Origin: Desulfomonilia bacterium
GTDB lineage: Bacteria; Desulfobacterota; Desulfomonilia; UBA1062
Direction: 5' to 3'
NCBI GenBank assembly: GCA_963664325.2
Contig: CAXXDQ010000007.1
Location: 320,001-384,000, forward strand
DNA: 64,000 nt
Shown here: positions 52,781-63,191 of the stretch, piece after piece
Layout of the letters: the number at the start of each line of letters is the position of its first letter
How positions within the stretch are numbered: the stretch's first letter is position 1
Notes under the pieces: generated by a model
Database searches by the model: none
What the model was told of the DNA's origin: nothing
Seen by the model: only the letters and a program-made list of their open reading frames with translations
Made by a program: the position numbers and the translations under genes

Positions 52781-53485
52781 AAATTACCCTCCATCAGGTA
52801 CCTGCACCTGAGATATTCTATGCCGACATCAGGAACCAGCGAAATCCCAGGCTTGGCCAGCAGCTCAATAAAGCGGGCTCCTTTCGAGGGGTGAAACAGG
52901 TTGGACGAAGCACTGCCCTTTATGGCCCATGCCGTATCAAGTCCGCGTTCAGTCCCGGCCATTGCCAGGACTTCCTTGCCCTCCGGAATCACTCCGGCAT
53001 CGACAGCCATGAGAACACATTCCAGACAGACCAGTGTCCCTGTTTGATATCAATTCCAGGGTCTTTGCCATAAGGTCGAGACCGGTAACCTTCTGAAGAT
53101 GCACGCGCATGGAAAAAGTAGGGCCGAAAAACGGTATGGTGCCCTGAACCACCCTGACTTTCATTTGTTCAAGCCGTTTTCTGTTCCCCGGAGCAATCTC
53201 CATGGGCACTCTTGTCAACCCTTGTTCTGCCCATTCGTCCCGGATCTGCCCCAGTTCCGGGATAACATTAAAAGGCCCCTCAGCCATCTTGCCGACTTCC
53301 CAGTTCATCCCCTGAGGACATGAAACACAGATTATTTCTCTGTCCTTTATTTTCTCCGCCAGCCTGAGCGCGGAATCTCCTGTGATTGAAGCCACCACCA
53401 GATATTCATATTCGGAGGCAGCGGCCGTGACAATCTCTATTACTTCTTCCGTGTTGACAGGCCCGGGCCTTTTGAAAACTTTCAT
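52777..53485 (-). pseudogene. pyruvate kinase C-terminal-like (MTH1675-type) protein, frameshifted
   Basis: N-terminal F..PG..NT...VVASITG.SA and C-terminal MAVDAG.IP...V.A.AGT.RG.DTA lie in different frames; one extra base near 53044. Confidence 0.8.
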
Positions 53486-53549
53486 AAAACACCCCTTACC
53501 CTTTTAAATTAGTGAAACTTGGTACACAACGAGCCTGCTAACCGGTTCA

Positions 53550-54077
53550 TTATTCAGGCTTGTCCGGGTCAAGAGCCTTGCCGGAAACCGCTGGTTCCTG
53601 CGGCTTCATACTGCTGATCACGAGCAGCAGCATCCCCGCCATGATTGCGACATCGGCGGCATTGAATACACCCGTGCGCAACCGGCCGATACCGAGGTTC
53701 ATAAAATCAACCACGCTGCCGCGGTATGCGATACGGTCCAGCAGGTTGCTGAGACCGCCGCCGAGCACCAGGGAAAAAGCAATTACGGTCTCTGTGTTGA
53801 TCCTGGATGAAAGCAGAAGATAGCAGAAAACAAGAACCAGGAAACAGGAGACTCCGCCGATAAATATAAGCCCCCTCCATTTTTGGGGAAGAGATGCTCC
53901 GAGACTCAGGAAAGCCCCGTTGTTTTCAGTATACTGGATCCTCACAGAATCCCCGAAGTAGGATAACATTATTGAATGCGGCAAAAAGGATTTCACGATC
54001 GATTTCGAGGCCTGGTCACAGCCGATACAGGAAACAACGATCAGCAGTATAAGAAGGGTCTTCTTCAGTCTAGCCAT
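53550..54077 (-). CDS. lspA: signal peptidase II
   Basis: DQ.SK, N.GAF, GG..NLLDR, VVDF, VFN.AD. Confidence 0.92.
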   Translation of the reverse strand: MARLKKTLLILLIVVSCIGCDQASKSIVKSFLPHSIMLSYFGDSVRIQYTENNGAFLSLGASLPQKWRGLIFIGGVSCFLVLVFCYLLLSSRINTETVIAFSLVLGGGLSNLLDRIAYRGSVVDFMNLGIGRLRTGVFNAADVAIMAGMLLLVISSMKPQEPAVSGKALDPDKPE

Positions 54078-54245
54078 TTTTCCTCCGTTCATTGTCTGTT
54101 CCCTGCAGATGAGCGCTCTTTACGTCAGCCCTTGAATAAAAATATCACGGCGAACCGGCTGACGCAAGCAGCGCCGGATAACCTGATATAAGAAACTGGA
54201 CCTGGAGGTTTTATAAGGTCTCCTTCCGTAGGCATTCCACGCATG

Positions 54246-54563
54246 CTACAGATAATCCTTCCTGGGCGGACTGAAGAAGTCCAGCACCTCACCCGGCTCA
54301 ATGATTAAAATGCGGTGCTCCACATCACGGGGAATGGAATATGAATCACCGGGGCCTATCGTATGCTCGATATTCGCGAATATGATCCTGTATTTGCCGG
54401 ACAGCACATAACCGCTCTGTTCATTTGCATGTTTATGAAGCGGAACATCATCTTCTTTCTTGTAAATCATTTTAGTCACCATTGATTCAGGACCGTGCGA
54501 GAGCAGGACAAAGTCAACTCCCAGGAAATTTCTTCTCTGTGCATCATTCGATTTAACTACCAT
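54246..54563 (-). CDS. cupin domain protein
   Basis: H.H.NEQSGYV.SG...GDSYSIP....H...FSPPRKDY; GGAGG RBS before ATG 54563. Confidence 0.88.
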   Translation of the reverse strand: MVVKSNDAQRRNFLGVDFVLLSHGPESMVTKMIYKKEDDVPLHKHANEQSGYVLSGKYRIIFANIEHTIGPGDSYSIPRDVEHRILIIEPGEVLDFFSPPRKDYL

Positions 54564-55057
54564 ACAGCCTCCTTCGGCAAAGCGCTTGCCTGTTTCTTTA
54601 TCCGGCCAGCCAGAACACCCCCAAAAATGAATATCGGATACCCCACTCCTATCTCTGAAATGAGAACGGTTTCGCAAAGCGCCCCTGGAATGTCCGGAAA
54701 CATCTGCATGATGATCGAATAACCGAGAAACGTCGAAGAACCGAATGCCGAGCAGAAAACGACTGCCCCCTGCTGTGCCCTGCTGAATTTGAGCATGGCA
54801 CTTGTAACCCAGGCCAGGGCGATGCATAAAATTTCCAGACCAAGCATGACAAGGGCCGGAACGGCCTCTTCCGGCTTGATGGTCTGTCCTGCCAGACTCA
54901 CAAAGACTATGGCCGGCAGACACAGGTCGGTGACGATGCGGGCGAGGATCAGGGAATGCTCTTCTGTCAATACGCCTTTTTTCCGCAGAATAATGGCCAG
55001 TACATAAATAAGCGCAATGACCAGGACTGCGTTTATAAGACTATGAAAAACATTCAT
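54557..55057 (-). pseudogene. AEC (auxin efflux carrier) family transporter, C-terminally truncated
   Basis: LPA.VF...FGSSTFLGY N-terminal half only; 166 aa against roughly 300 aa typical. Confidence 0.7.
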
Positions 55058-55295
55058 GAATTAGCCTTCCTTCCTCAAACTCTGTGATTCTTTAAATATC
55101 CTATAAACCATCAAACCAGTCCGCTCAAGATTGATTGTCCCGGAATCCAACTAATACTAAATGGTAGCAAGGAAGATGGAATCCCCTGAAGGCAGAGGCA
55201 TTGTAACAGGACCGCCGTATATTAATGCAAATAGTTATACGGAAAAAAATATGTTAGATAATCATGATAATTAATATTCCTGCAAGGAGGTGAAC

Positions 55296-55976
55296 ATGTA
55301 TCATCTCATCCCGGTTCCTTTCGCCGTTGCCGGTATCGTTATTTACTGGTGGGCGCGCCAGCACAACGACCTGGCCACGGTAGCGGTGGTCCAGCCGGTT
55401 ATAACCATACTGTGTATTGTCACGTCCCTGCTCTCTCTCACACGTCCCGGCACAAACCGCAAACTCACGGCATGGCTCTGTGCAGGCCTCGCAATCGCCC
55501 TGTTGGGCGACTTCCTGAACCTCAACATGACCGATCCGGCCGTCGTTATAAGAGGCCTTGTGATCGCCATCATCGCCTACATGACCTATGCCGTAGGACT
55601 CACTGTCATAAACGGTTTTCACAAGGAGGACCTGTACGTCGGTGCGGCGGCTATTGTCGTATATGCAGGAGTCATGTCATACCTCTGGCCTTACCTGGGC
55701 AGCATGAGGATTCCCGGCCTCATCTACGGACTGGTGCTTCCCTTTGTAGTAACCAGGGCCATTTCAACATTTTTCGGCGACAAAATATCGAAAGCGCAGG
55801 CAGTATTCCTCACTGCAGGCACTGCAATGCTCTATGTCGGGGACGTCGAGTTCGCGCTGCATACCTATTCCAGGGTTGTGCCGATTCTATTCGGGCCGTT
55901 CCTTTATTCAGGAGGCCAGCTCATGATTGCGCTCAGCGCATCATACGGAAAGATAAAGGAAAACCGGAAAGCTTAA
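55296..55976 (+). CDS. YhhN/lysoplasmalogenase family membrane protein
   Basis: GL...LLGD..L, Y..GQ..IA.S; about 8 TM segments. Confidence 0.75.
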   Translation: MYHLIPVPFAVAGIVIYWWARQHNDLATVAVVQPVITILCIVTSLLSLTRPGTNRKLTAWLCAGLAIALLGDFLNLNMTDPAVVIRGLVIAIIAYMTYAVGLTVINGFHKEDLYVGAAAIVVYAGVMSYLWPYLGSMRIPGLIYGLVLPFVVTRAISTFFGDKISKAQAVFLTAGTAMLYVGDVEFALHTYSRVVPILFGPFLYSGGQLMIALSASYGKIKENRKA

Positions 55977-56085
55977 AAAATTTACAGGGACCTGTTCAAG
56001 GTCTTAAGGGTTTTGTCCTCATCGCCTCTTCTGTATGGACAAGAAATACTTTGTTCATACAAAGACTGCCGATCGGGTCATACTT

Positions 56086-57153
56086 TCACTGCTGTTTCAG
56101 GTTCTGGTCAAAAAACCGGAACATCTGATCGTTGCGCTCGGCGGTATGATAGTTGAAGGAATGGCCGCAGACGCAGCCCGGAGAGCCATCACGGCAGAAA
56201 ACAACCTCCTGTTTTGGTCCCTTGAGTTTGTTGAAAAATGGCACATGCTGCGAGGCATAGGGCACGGTCCTGTCATCGGCACCTATTATCATCATGATGG
56301 GGGCATCGTTGTAAATTAAAGTGCCGGGGCTGGACTGGTAATACGGGCTTGCATAGGCAAACACCCCGTAAGGATGAGGACTTCCAGACTGTACAACCTC
56401 CTGTATGCAGCTCCCTGTATTGTAATCGCAATAATGGTCGTGTTCAAAATCGCAATCCGAGCCCAATATCCCGCTATAGGACAGTACCGGGTCAGGGTTC
56501 AACAGGGACATGATGTAATCCTTGGGGCTGGAATAGTCGTCCTGAGACTCGAAGTATTCGGAAAGATAGTGGGTCGCACCGGCCAGCGAACAGACAGCCT
56601 GAACATCACCGAGGGCGCTGTACTGGTAATAAGGATTGTGCATGGTGCTGTTGGTCAGGCCCACCATCAGGGCCGTGTGCGCACCGGCCGAATAGCCGGC
56701 CACGCCGATAGCGTTGGATTTCACGATCTGATTCAGGTTGTAGTAACGGCCGTTGAAATAGATGCTCTGGCCGCTCCGGAGCCATTCAATTGCTTTCCTG
56801 GCGTCGCTCAGCTGTTCCGGCCATACCCTGCCATTGGCATTCCCGAGATATGGCGTCAGGTGATAATCGATTGATACGGCTATATAGCCTCTTTCGGCGG
56901 CATCCCGGCATTCATTGTAAAACTGGTTATAGTCCCCCGAAACATACCATCCGCCATGGATGAAGACAATCGCCGGATACGGCGCCGCTGTCAGGTTATC
57001 AGGCAGTTTCAGAGCCACGTTATGGTAATGCATGGGACTCTGCATGTCGTTCTTGTACATGGTCACAACATCCCAGTCCTCATTGCAACCAGAAAGCCCC
57101 GCTCCTAAACAAATCAACAGAACTGCAATTATAAAACGATATGATTTCATCAT
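56086..57153 (-). CDS. alpha/beta hydrolase (HSL/BD-FAE-like) lipoprotein
   Basis: Lipobox LSGC; HGGW, GYSAG, G..D.TVP, GH.F. Confidence 0.85.
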   Translation of the reverse strand: MMKSYRFIIAVLLICLGAGLSGCNEDWDVVTMYKNDMQSPMHYHNVALKLPDNLTAAPYPAIVFIHGGWYVSGDYNQFYNECRDAAERGYIAVSIDYHLTPYLGNANGRVWPEQLSDARKAIEWLRSGQSIYFNGRYYNLNQIVKSNAIGVAGYSAGAHTALMVGLTNSTMHNPYYQYSALGDVQAVCSLAGATHYLSEYFESQDDYSSPKDYIMSLLNPDPVLSYSGILGSDCDFEHDHYCDYNTGSCIQEVVQSGSPHPYGVFAYASPYYQSSPGTLIYNDAPIMMIIGADDRTVPYASQHVPFFNKLKGPKQEVVFCRDGSPGCVCGHSFNYHTAERNDQMFRFFDQNLKQQ

Positions 57154-57451
57154 AGCCGCAATCCCCTTGTGGACATATACGTTTATTCAACATATCACAA
57201 AACAGTACTTCCGTAAATTGAAACTGATGCGGTAGAACCTGCGATGGATATCAGATTATTTCTTTGAAACCTGATGAACTCTCCGGCGTTCTGTCATGAT
57301 CCGGTTGAAATCACGGGCAGAACGCATGAACACCACGCATTCCTCCTTACACTTCTTGCATGAGAGTTGAGAACAGTCCTGATATATGACTTCATACCCG
57401 GCAACCCATCCTCATTGACAACACTCAAGTTCCAGATCTAATGATGTCATC

Positions 57452-58441
57452 ATGAAACGGATTCTTATACCCGTACGGCATCACCCCGGGCGACACTGTG
57501 CAAGCACGGCCCTGTGCAACATGGTCGGCTTCCATGGCATGTCATTCTCAGAGGCCCTGTGCTTCGGCATCGGCGCAGGTCTCGGGATATGGTATCTGGA
57601 AACAGGCGCCACGAAATCAGGCCGGATGATCCATGTCCGCTCCGCAGACATCGAGGTGCAGTTCTTCAGGCGGATGGGATATGATTTTTCCTGGCAGCAG
57701 TTCAAGCAACCCGAAGAGGCAGAAAAGGCCCTGTGCGCAAACCTGGACAGGGGACTGCCGTCAATCGTGCAGACGGACATATATCACCTTCCATATTACG
57801 GCTCTAAAACACATTTCCCGGGCCATGACGTCACGGTCTGGGGCTACGATAGCCAAGACGGGACCTTCCTCATCACCGATACTGAAAGGACAGGCCTTCT
57901 GGCCGTCCCGTTTGATGACATGCGCAAGGCCCTCTATTCCCGGAACGGGTTCTTCACCATGGAAGGCAACCAGTTCTCGCCCGAAACCCTAATTCCTCCT
58001 GACGATATGCCGGGGGTAATCCGCAGTGCGATCGTTCACAACAGCCGAGTGATCCTCTCCCCTGTACACGATTTTCAGGGCCTAGCGGGTCTTGAAAAAT
58101 GGATGGGAGAACTTGACCGGGTATGGCCCGACCTATCCGACTGGAAGTGGACCGCCCGCTTCGCTTATCAGGTCATAGAGCGCAGGGGCACCGGGGGCGG
58201 AGGTTTCCGGCTAATGTATGCGGACTTCCTGAAAGAGGCTGAAGCCTGCTGTCCCGAGGTTAAAGCCCGAGGTCTTCATGCTGCCATGAATGAGGCGGCC
58301 AGTGCATGGACATGGCTGGCCCTTGCGCTGAAAGACGCTTCGGAACAGGCTGCTCCTGATTTCAGTTGCGTGCACGACAGTCTCATGCAGGTCCACAAGT
58401 TCGAATCTGCCTATCACCGTGAGGCCCGGGAACTCAAGTAA
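57452..58441 (+). CDS. BtrH N-terminal domain / DUF4872 papain-like protein
   Basis: HC.S...SEA..FG.G.G; D.YHLPY...HFPGH...GYD; IE.RGTGGGGFR.MYA.FL. Confidence 0.85.
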   Translation: MKRILIPVRHHPGRHCASTALCNMVGFHGMSFSEALCFGIGAGLGIWYLETGATKSGRMIHVRSADIEVQFFRRMGYDFSWQQFKQPEEAEKALCANLDRGLPSIVQTDIYHLPYYGSKTHFPGHDVTVWGYDSQDGTFLITDTERTGLLAVPFDDMRKALYSRNGFFTMEGNQFSPETLIPPDDMPGVIRSAIVHNSRVILSPVHDFQGLAGLEKWMGELDRVWPDLSDWKWTARFAYQVIERRGTGGGGFRLMYADFLKEAEACCPEVKARGLHAAMNEAASAWTWLALALKDASEQAAPDFSCVHDSLMQVHKFESAYHREARELK

Positions 58442-58525
58442 AGGAAGAAATTGGGCGGTCACGCTTCATTATTCAAATCTACATGGACCAAGGCCAAATA
58501 TCCCTGATTATCCTTCAGCATATGC

Positions 58526-59077
58526 TCATCTGCCGCCGGATTGCATTTCTTTTAATGAAGCGAGAAAGCGGCCGTTTTGCATGAAACGCTTGAATGAGTC
58601 GTCCACGGCGGGGTCCGGAAAGGTTTCGCCGGCCATCATGTTATTTTTGTACCTGTATGCTTTTCTCAAGAATGAAATCGCATTCTCCATATCGTTCATC
58701 TCAGCATAAGCACATGCCAGGTTGTAGTAGAACATCGGATACTCTCCATCTCTCGAAAGCCCGTATTCGAATGTCTCCTTCGCCTTCTTGAGATCGCCGG
58801 AAATCCCGTAGGCCATGCCCAGGTTGTCAACCAGTATCCTCCATGAACGCCTGTCAAGGGTGGGATTGGCTTTTTCCATTTCCAGGGCTTTGCTGTATGG
58901 GATGACTGCTGTGGCGAAGTTGTCCTTAAGGTAATAATAGCTGCCCTGGCGGAGCAGTTCCATGACTGCGGCTGAAGGTTTCGGGTTTTTCTTTACAGGT
59001 TCGGCATGAACGGTCAAACCGACTGACATCGAAGCCGCCAGCAATACCGCACAAGCCCGGAGGAAATTTTTCTTCAT
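58526..59077 (-). CDS. exported TPR protein
   Basis: Signal peptide; DNLGMAYG, YYNLACAYA, DP..D..F. Confidence 0.85.
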   Translation of the reverse strand: MKKNFLRACAVLLAASMSVGLTVHAEPVKKNPKPSAAVMELLRQGSYYYLKDNFATAVIPYSKALEMEKANPTLDRRSWRILVDNLGMAYGISGDLKKAKETFEYGLSRDGEYPMFYYNLACAYAEMNDMENAISFLRKAYRYKNNMMAGETFPDPAVDDSFKRFMQNGRFLASLKEMQSGGR

Positions 59078-59205
59078 ATAACGCTCCTTTGACAATATTA
59101 ATTAATCATATTGAGGTTCATTGCAGATAGTTTATTTATCAATTTCAAAGACAGACACAGCTTGCATATAAATGTTCCTTGTAATTCAAGCAAGCTTGCC
59201 TTGGA

Positions 59206-59697
59206 TCAGGACCGGGCGCCTTTTGTCAGTTTGGGCAGGAAACGGCCCGTATTCTTCTGATACTCAACGTATGTCTCCCCGAAAATGTCAATCATCATTC
59301 TTTCTTCATATTTTACCATGAAGTGCCATACCGGGTGCAAAAGCGCAGCCCAAAGGATAAATATGAAGCTGTTTAGATAGACAGCCAGTCCAAAGTCGAA
59401 TACCGACAGAAATGCGGCGTACAGAGGATGACGGAAATATTTGAATGCGCCGGTGGTGATGAGCCTGTTGCCCCTGTCGGCAGCGGGCAGCGATTTAACG
59501 CTCCAGACAATCATGGCCAGCGTTATCAAAATAGAAACAATGAATATCGAGTTCAGGAGAAGCCGGTTGTTCGATATACAGGGTAGATCAAAACGCCTGT
59601 TGAGCCAGACTGCAATAAAAAAAAGAACAAGGCTGATCATCAGCGCGATTGGGCCGCTGCCAAAAATCTTATTGAATTTCGTGGAGTTCTTTCCCAT
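59206..59697 (-). CDS. isoprenylcysteine carboxylmethyltransferase/PEMT family protein
   Basis: L.TTG.F.Y.RHP.Y, EE......FG..Y..Y....GRF.P. Confidence 0.88.
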   Translation of the reverse strand: MGKNSTKFNKIFGSGPIALMISLVLFFIAVWLNRRFDLPCISNNRLLLNSIFIVSILITLAMIVWSVKSLPAADRGNRLITTGAFKYFRHPLYAAFLSVFDFGLAVYLNSFIFILWAALLHPVWHFMVKYEERMMIDIFGETYVEYQKNTGRFLPKLTKGARS

Positions 59698-59756
59698 TTT
59701 TCTGCCAATATATTATATGCTGAAGTGAACCGTATAACTTTCTTTTCACAAGTTAA

Positions 59757-60266
59757 TTATTTCTCATTGTTCCCTGGATTCCGGTCCCTGTTCCTTGTTG
59801 ATCTGAGTATCTCGGGAAGTATTCCGAACTCGTGCCGGGCATGTTCGTTCAGTTCAGATTCCAGGTTCCTCGGAATAAACAATTTTATTATTGGATCCAG
59901 TACCGAAAGGATTCCTTTGAAGCCGATTAAAAGAGAATGCTTCAGGATAACATCATTATTTTTCTGTTCCGTCTGCAGGACAAGCTTTGCAGGCAGCAGG
60001 ATCAGTTTCTTCATCTGCCATCCGATCATTTTATCGGGAATATAGTCGGAGATGACGGCATGAAATTTAAGTCTTATAGGGCCGACAAATTCATCAAAAT
60101 ATACCAGACTTCCTATGTTGCCAGGTTTGTGATCAAGTTCATGAAATGTTATATGGGTTCCCGGCCACCAGTTATTATATTCAGCATCCGTGCATGTGAT
60201 CATAAAATCGATTATCTGATTTGAAGTAATGCCTGCCACTTCGATTGTCGTTGTGTATTCGATCAT
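59757..60266 (-). CDS. hypothetical protein (SRPBCC-like)
   Basis: Y..WWPGTH...GS...FDE..G...H...EF pattern. Confidence 0.65.
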   Translation of the reverse strand: MIEYTTTIEVAGITSNQIIDFMITCTDAEYNNWWPGTHITFHELDHKPGNIGSLVYFDEFVGPIRLKFHAVISDYIPDKMIGWQMKKLILLPAKLVLQTEQKNNDVILKHSLLIGFKGILSVLDPIIKLFIPRNLESELNEHARHEFGILPEILRSTRNRDRNPGNNEK

Positions 60267-60366
60267 GGGCCGAACATTATCTCAGGCCATTTGAATTTTC
60301 AAGCGTGAACCACTGTGTTTTTTAGATGTGCGCAAGTCGTTATCCGCAATGCCGTTTAAAAGGACC

Positions 60367-60768
60367 TTATCCGCCTTGCCGCCCGGGGCCTGCCTTTACG
60401 CAGATGAATGCCGCCACGAACGCCTCCAGAAGGCTGAACGGAATCGCATATGCAAGGATGGATACGGGCAGCACTCCAAGATTCCAGATGACGAGCCACA
60501 TCAGTACGAAAGCCATGATCCAGCTTATTATCGCGGTCATGACAAGGCCGTATCTTCGTGATATCAGGTAGACCGCGACAGCGAACACGAATCCCCAGGT
60601 GACCCACACCATGCCGTTTACGGGTTTTGACGGGAAGACCATGCCAAGTGATTCATAATGGCCGGTCCAGTAGCTTTTGAGCAGGACACTGTTCCTCAAG
60701 AATTCGCATGCATTGACCCACAACCCTGCCAGAAAGATTGAAACGGAGACTTTTATTTTCCCCTTCAT
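60367..60768 (-). CDS. hypothetical membrane protein
   Basis: 4 TM segments; W.N..EF.RN...W..HY...G..FP; GGAGG RBS before ATG 60768. Confidence 0.75.
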   Translation of the reverse strand: MKGKIKVSVSIFLAGLWVNACEFLRNSVLLKSYWTGHYESLGMVFPSKPVNGMVWVTWGFVFAVAVYLISRRYGLVMTAIISWIMAFVLMWLVIWNLGVLPVSILAYAIPFSLLEAFVAAFICVKAGPGRQGG

Positions 60769-60823
60769 CGAGCCTCCCTTCCCTTGTGTTATGACGCTCA
60801 AAAGGCGGCGCACAAAAGTTTCT

Positions 60824-61027
60824 CTAAATCCTCCCCCTGGTGACGAGTTCCGCGAAATGTTCGAAAGAGCGGTTGTGCGATTTTTCTTCATCTCCCGGAA
60901 AACAGCAGGCGGGAAGCTTCCTAATCTTCAGATGATGCTCGATGCATTCGCAGCATATGCCTTTCCTGCTGCACGGCTCTGTTGAACAGATGCATTTCTC
61001 CATGTTTCTCTCTTTTCTGCATTCCAT
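60824..61027 (-). CDS. small Cys-rich protein (DUF6485-like)
   Basis: C.C...PC.RKG.CCEC..HH.....LPAC.FP. Confidence 0.75.
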   Translation of the reverse strand: MECRKERNMEKCICSTEPCSRKGICCECIEHHLKIRKLPACCFPGDEEKSHNRSFEHFAELVTRGRI

Positions 61028-61045
61028 GACATATCCCTTGCTTTT

Positions 61046-61396
61046 CTATCCCTTACCTGAGCCCGCAAGCTCTTCCCATACCGGACGAACTTCAACCACA
61101 GCAGCCTTTGCCATCGGGTGCGATAATGCTATCTTCACGGCTTCATCCATGTCACGGCAATCTATCAATACATAGGCTGAGATTTTTTCTTTTGCACGTG
61201 TCGAAGGTCCGTTTACAGCCCTGAGCTTTCCATTGCGGACCCGGACGGTTTTTGCCTCTTCAGCAGGCCGCAATGGATTCCCATGTACCATGATTCCGCG
61301 TTCCATCATCTCATCCATCCATCTGAAGATTTCTTCAACAAGTCCTTCCGTCGGCCTGAAATGTTCGTCGTGGCTTATTATCAGCAGGAATTTCAT
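61046..61396 (-). CDS. YciI/DGPF family protein
   Basis: L.P...A.TVR......NGP....KE...VEVRP. Confidence 0.85.
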   Translation of the reverse strand: MKFLLIISHDEHFRPTEGLVEEIFRWMDEMMERGIMVHGNPLRPAEEAKTVRVRNGKLRAVNGPSTRAKEKISAYVLIDCRDMDEAVKIALSHPMAKAAVVEVRPVWEELAGSGKG

Positions 61397-61596
61397 TCTT
61401 CCCCCGTACGGCTGAATTTCTATTTATGTCACGCATCATGTGCTTCATTCGCATCATGATCTAAAATACATCATTGAAACCTGAGCTTGAAATTTCCTGG
61501 TCACTTTATTCACTTTTTCTTCAAATCGTATTTCCAAGTGCCTTATGAAAAATGCAGTGCCCACAATCCCGTATCAATGGGGCCGGTCCTGACCGC

Positions 61597-62727
61597 TTAC
61601 TCGAACAGTTCAGATCTCCTTATTTCGCGGCCCTCCCTTGACGAGCGATACGCTGCCAGGGTCCACGCAACTGCTATTGCCGCGTCCTCGGTTTCAGCGG
61701 CCCATTTGCCGGTGAAATCTCTTTTGATGCTGTCGCAGCCGGTGAGCCTGTCTATGAAGTGCCTCATCTGCCGGAAATAAAGGGTATTGCTTATCCCCCT
61801 GGGAAGAAAGACAGGTGTGAATACGTCCGGTATCATGTTCAGATGCCTGTAAACGCCCAGCTTCATGGGCCTGTGCTCATATTCCTGGAAGGCTTCGAAA
61901 CGGACGCGCGCCTTCTCGGCGTTTATCATCCCCTTTTCATAGCCCTCCGGCCTTCCGATCGCCAGGCAGCTTTTTTCAATAACGGCCAGCGCCCCGTTCG
62001 ATAGCGTGAAAACCGCTATTGCCTGGTCTTCGAATTTGCGGCCCGGATATGAAAAGCCGGTCTTGGCGTAGACGCTTTCTATTTCGCCAAAGAAAAACCT
62101 CATCAGGTCTATGTAGTGCGGCCCGTGGTCGAAGAAATCTCCACCGCCGGTGCGTTCATCGAAATAGCGCCAGACGCCGTATTTTTTTTCGAAATCGATC
62201 CCTGCCTTTTTGAAGAAGTCGAGCGTCTTTCTCAAAAAGCCCTGTGTAAAGTCAGGGATATAATAATGCCAGTCCAGACTCATCTGGTATATCCTGCCCA
62301 GGGAGCCGCTTTCGCACATTTCCTTTATCTTCTGGAATCCGGTTTCAAACCGCTTGGAGTGGCAGATCTGGATAATCCTGTCTGTCGTCTTCGAGATCTC
62401 TGTCATGCGCATGCAGTCTTCGACTGTCGTTGCCAGGGGCTTTTCGCAGAGTATATGCACGCATGCGGCTATGCAGTCTTCGAACATCTGCCTGTGCAGC
62501 CAGGGAGGGGAAGCTATGACCACCGCGTCGAGACCGGCATTCGAAAGCATTTCCCGGTAGTCTTTGAAAACACGGTTCGCCTTGAACTTCCGAGCGAACG
62601 ATGTACGGTTGCCTTCATCCGGGTCGGCAACGGCCTCTATTGTTGCGCGGCTGTCCACCGCTATCGCCGGCCCATGGCCTACGCGGCTTACCTGTCCGCA
62701 GCCTATAATGCCAAATCTTAATGCCAT
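61597..62727 (-). CDS. Gfo/Idh/MocA family oxidoreductase
   Basis: GIIGCG, CEKPLA, GGG...D.G.H.ID. Confidence 0.92.
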   Translation of the reverse strand: MALRFGIIGCGQVSRVGHGPAIAVDSRATIEAVADPDEGNRTSFARKFKANRVFKDYREMLSNAGLDAVVIASPPWLHRQMFEDCIAACVHILCEKPLATTVEDCMRMTEISKTTDRIIQICHSKRFETGFQKIKEMCESGSLGRIYQMSLDWHYYIPDFTQGFLRKTLDFFKKAGIDFEKKYGVWRYFDERTGGGDFFDHGPHYIDLMRFFFGEIESVYAKTGFSYPGRKFEDQAIAVFTLSNGALAVIEKSCLAIGRPEGYEKGMINAEKARVRFEAFQEYEHRPMKLGVYRHLNMIPDVFTPVFLPRGISNTLYFRQMRHFIDRLTGCDSIKRDFTGKWAAETEDAAIAVAWTLAAYRSSREGREIRRSELFE

Positions 62728-62863
62728 GACAGCCTCCCGATACTGAATTTTGAAACATCAGTTTGTACCGTCTTAAACAGCGCATGCTTCTGCTGACGCC
62801 ACACGGTTTCAAATGCGCTTTTCATATACCATCCGGGAGCAGAGATTTGTATTTATATTTGCA

Positions 62864-63088
62864 CTAATAACGCCTGACCGCTTTGAAATTGAAGACGATA
62901 TGCATACAGCCCGTTATCAGGAAAACAAGTCCGAGCGAGTTGTGAGTGATCATCCAGATATGTATTGATTCCGCAGCCAAGGCATGCCTGGCCAGATGAA
63001 GCATCGCGCCTGATACCGGAAGCCCTATGAAGCTCAGGGCCATAAGCAATGTCACCCATTTTCTCTTTTTAAAACCCGTACTTTTCAT
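62864..63088 (-). CDS. DUF4405-like small membrane protein
   Basis: 2 TM segments; SG..L...W...H.......H...N. Confidence 0.7.
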   Translation of the reverse strand: MKSTGFKKRKWVTLLMALSFIGLPVSGAMLHLARHALAAESIHIWMITHNSLGLVFLITGCMHIVFNFKAVRRY

Positions 63089-63112
63089 GGCCTCTCCTTT
63101 TTAAGTTGCATG

Positions 63113-63174
63113 AATGTGAGCAACAGCTCATATTATGGGATGATTATTCAAACATGTGCGATTGTCTACTCGCA
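63113..63174. promoter_or_regulatory. two putative TetR operators
   Basis: AATGTGAGC-aaca-GCTCATATT (63113-63134) and TGCGATT-gtct-ACTCGCA (63157-63174) in the divergent promoter. Confidence 0.6.
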
Positions 63175-63191
63175 TTGAAAGGAGCCATATC

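Noticed and set aside
55349-56128. 259-aa alternative-frame ORF over the YhhN gene
   Set aside because: Arg/His-rich composition with no motifs; it is a frame shadow of the real gene.
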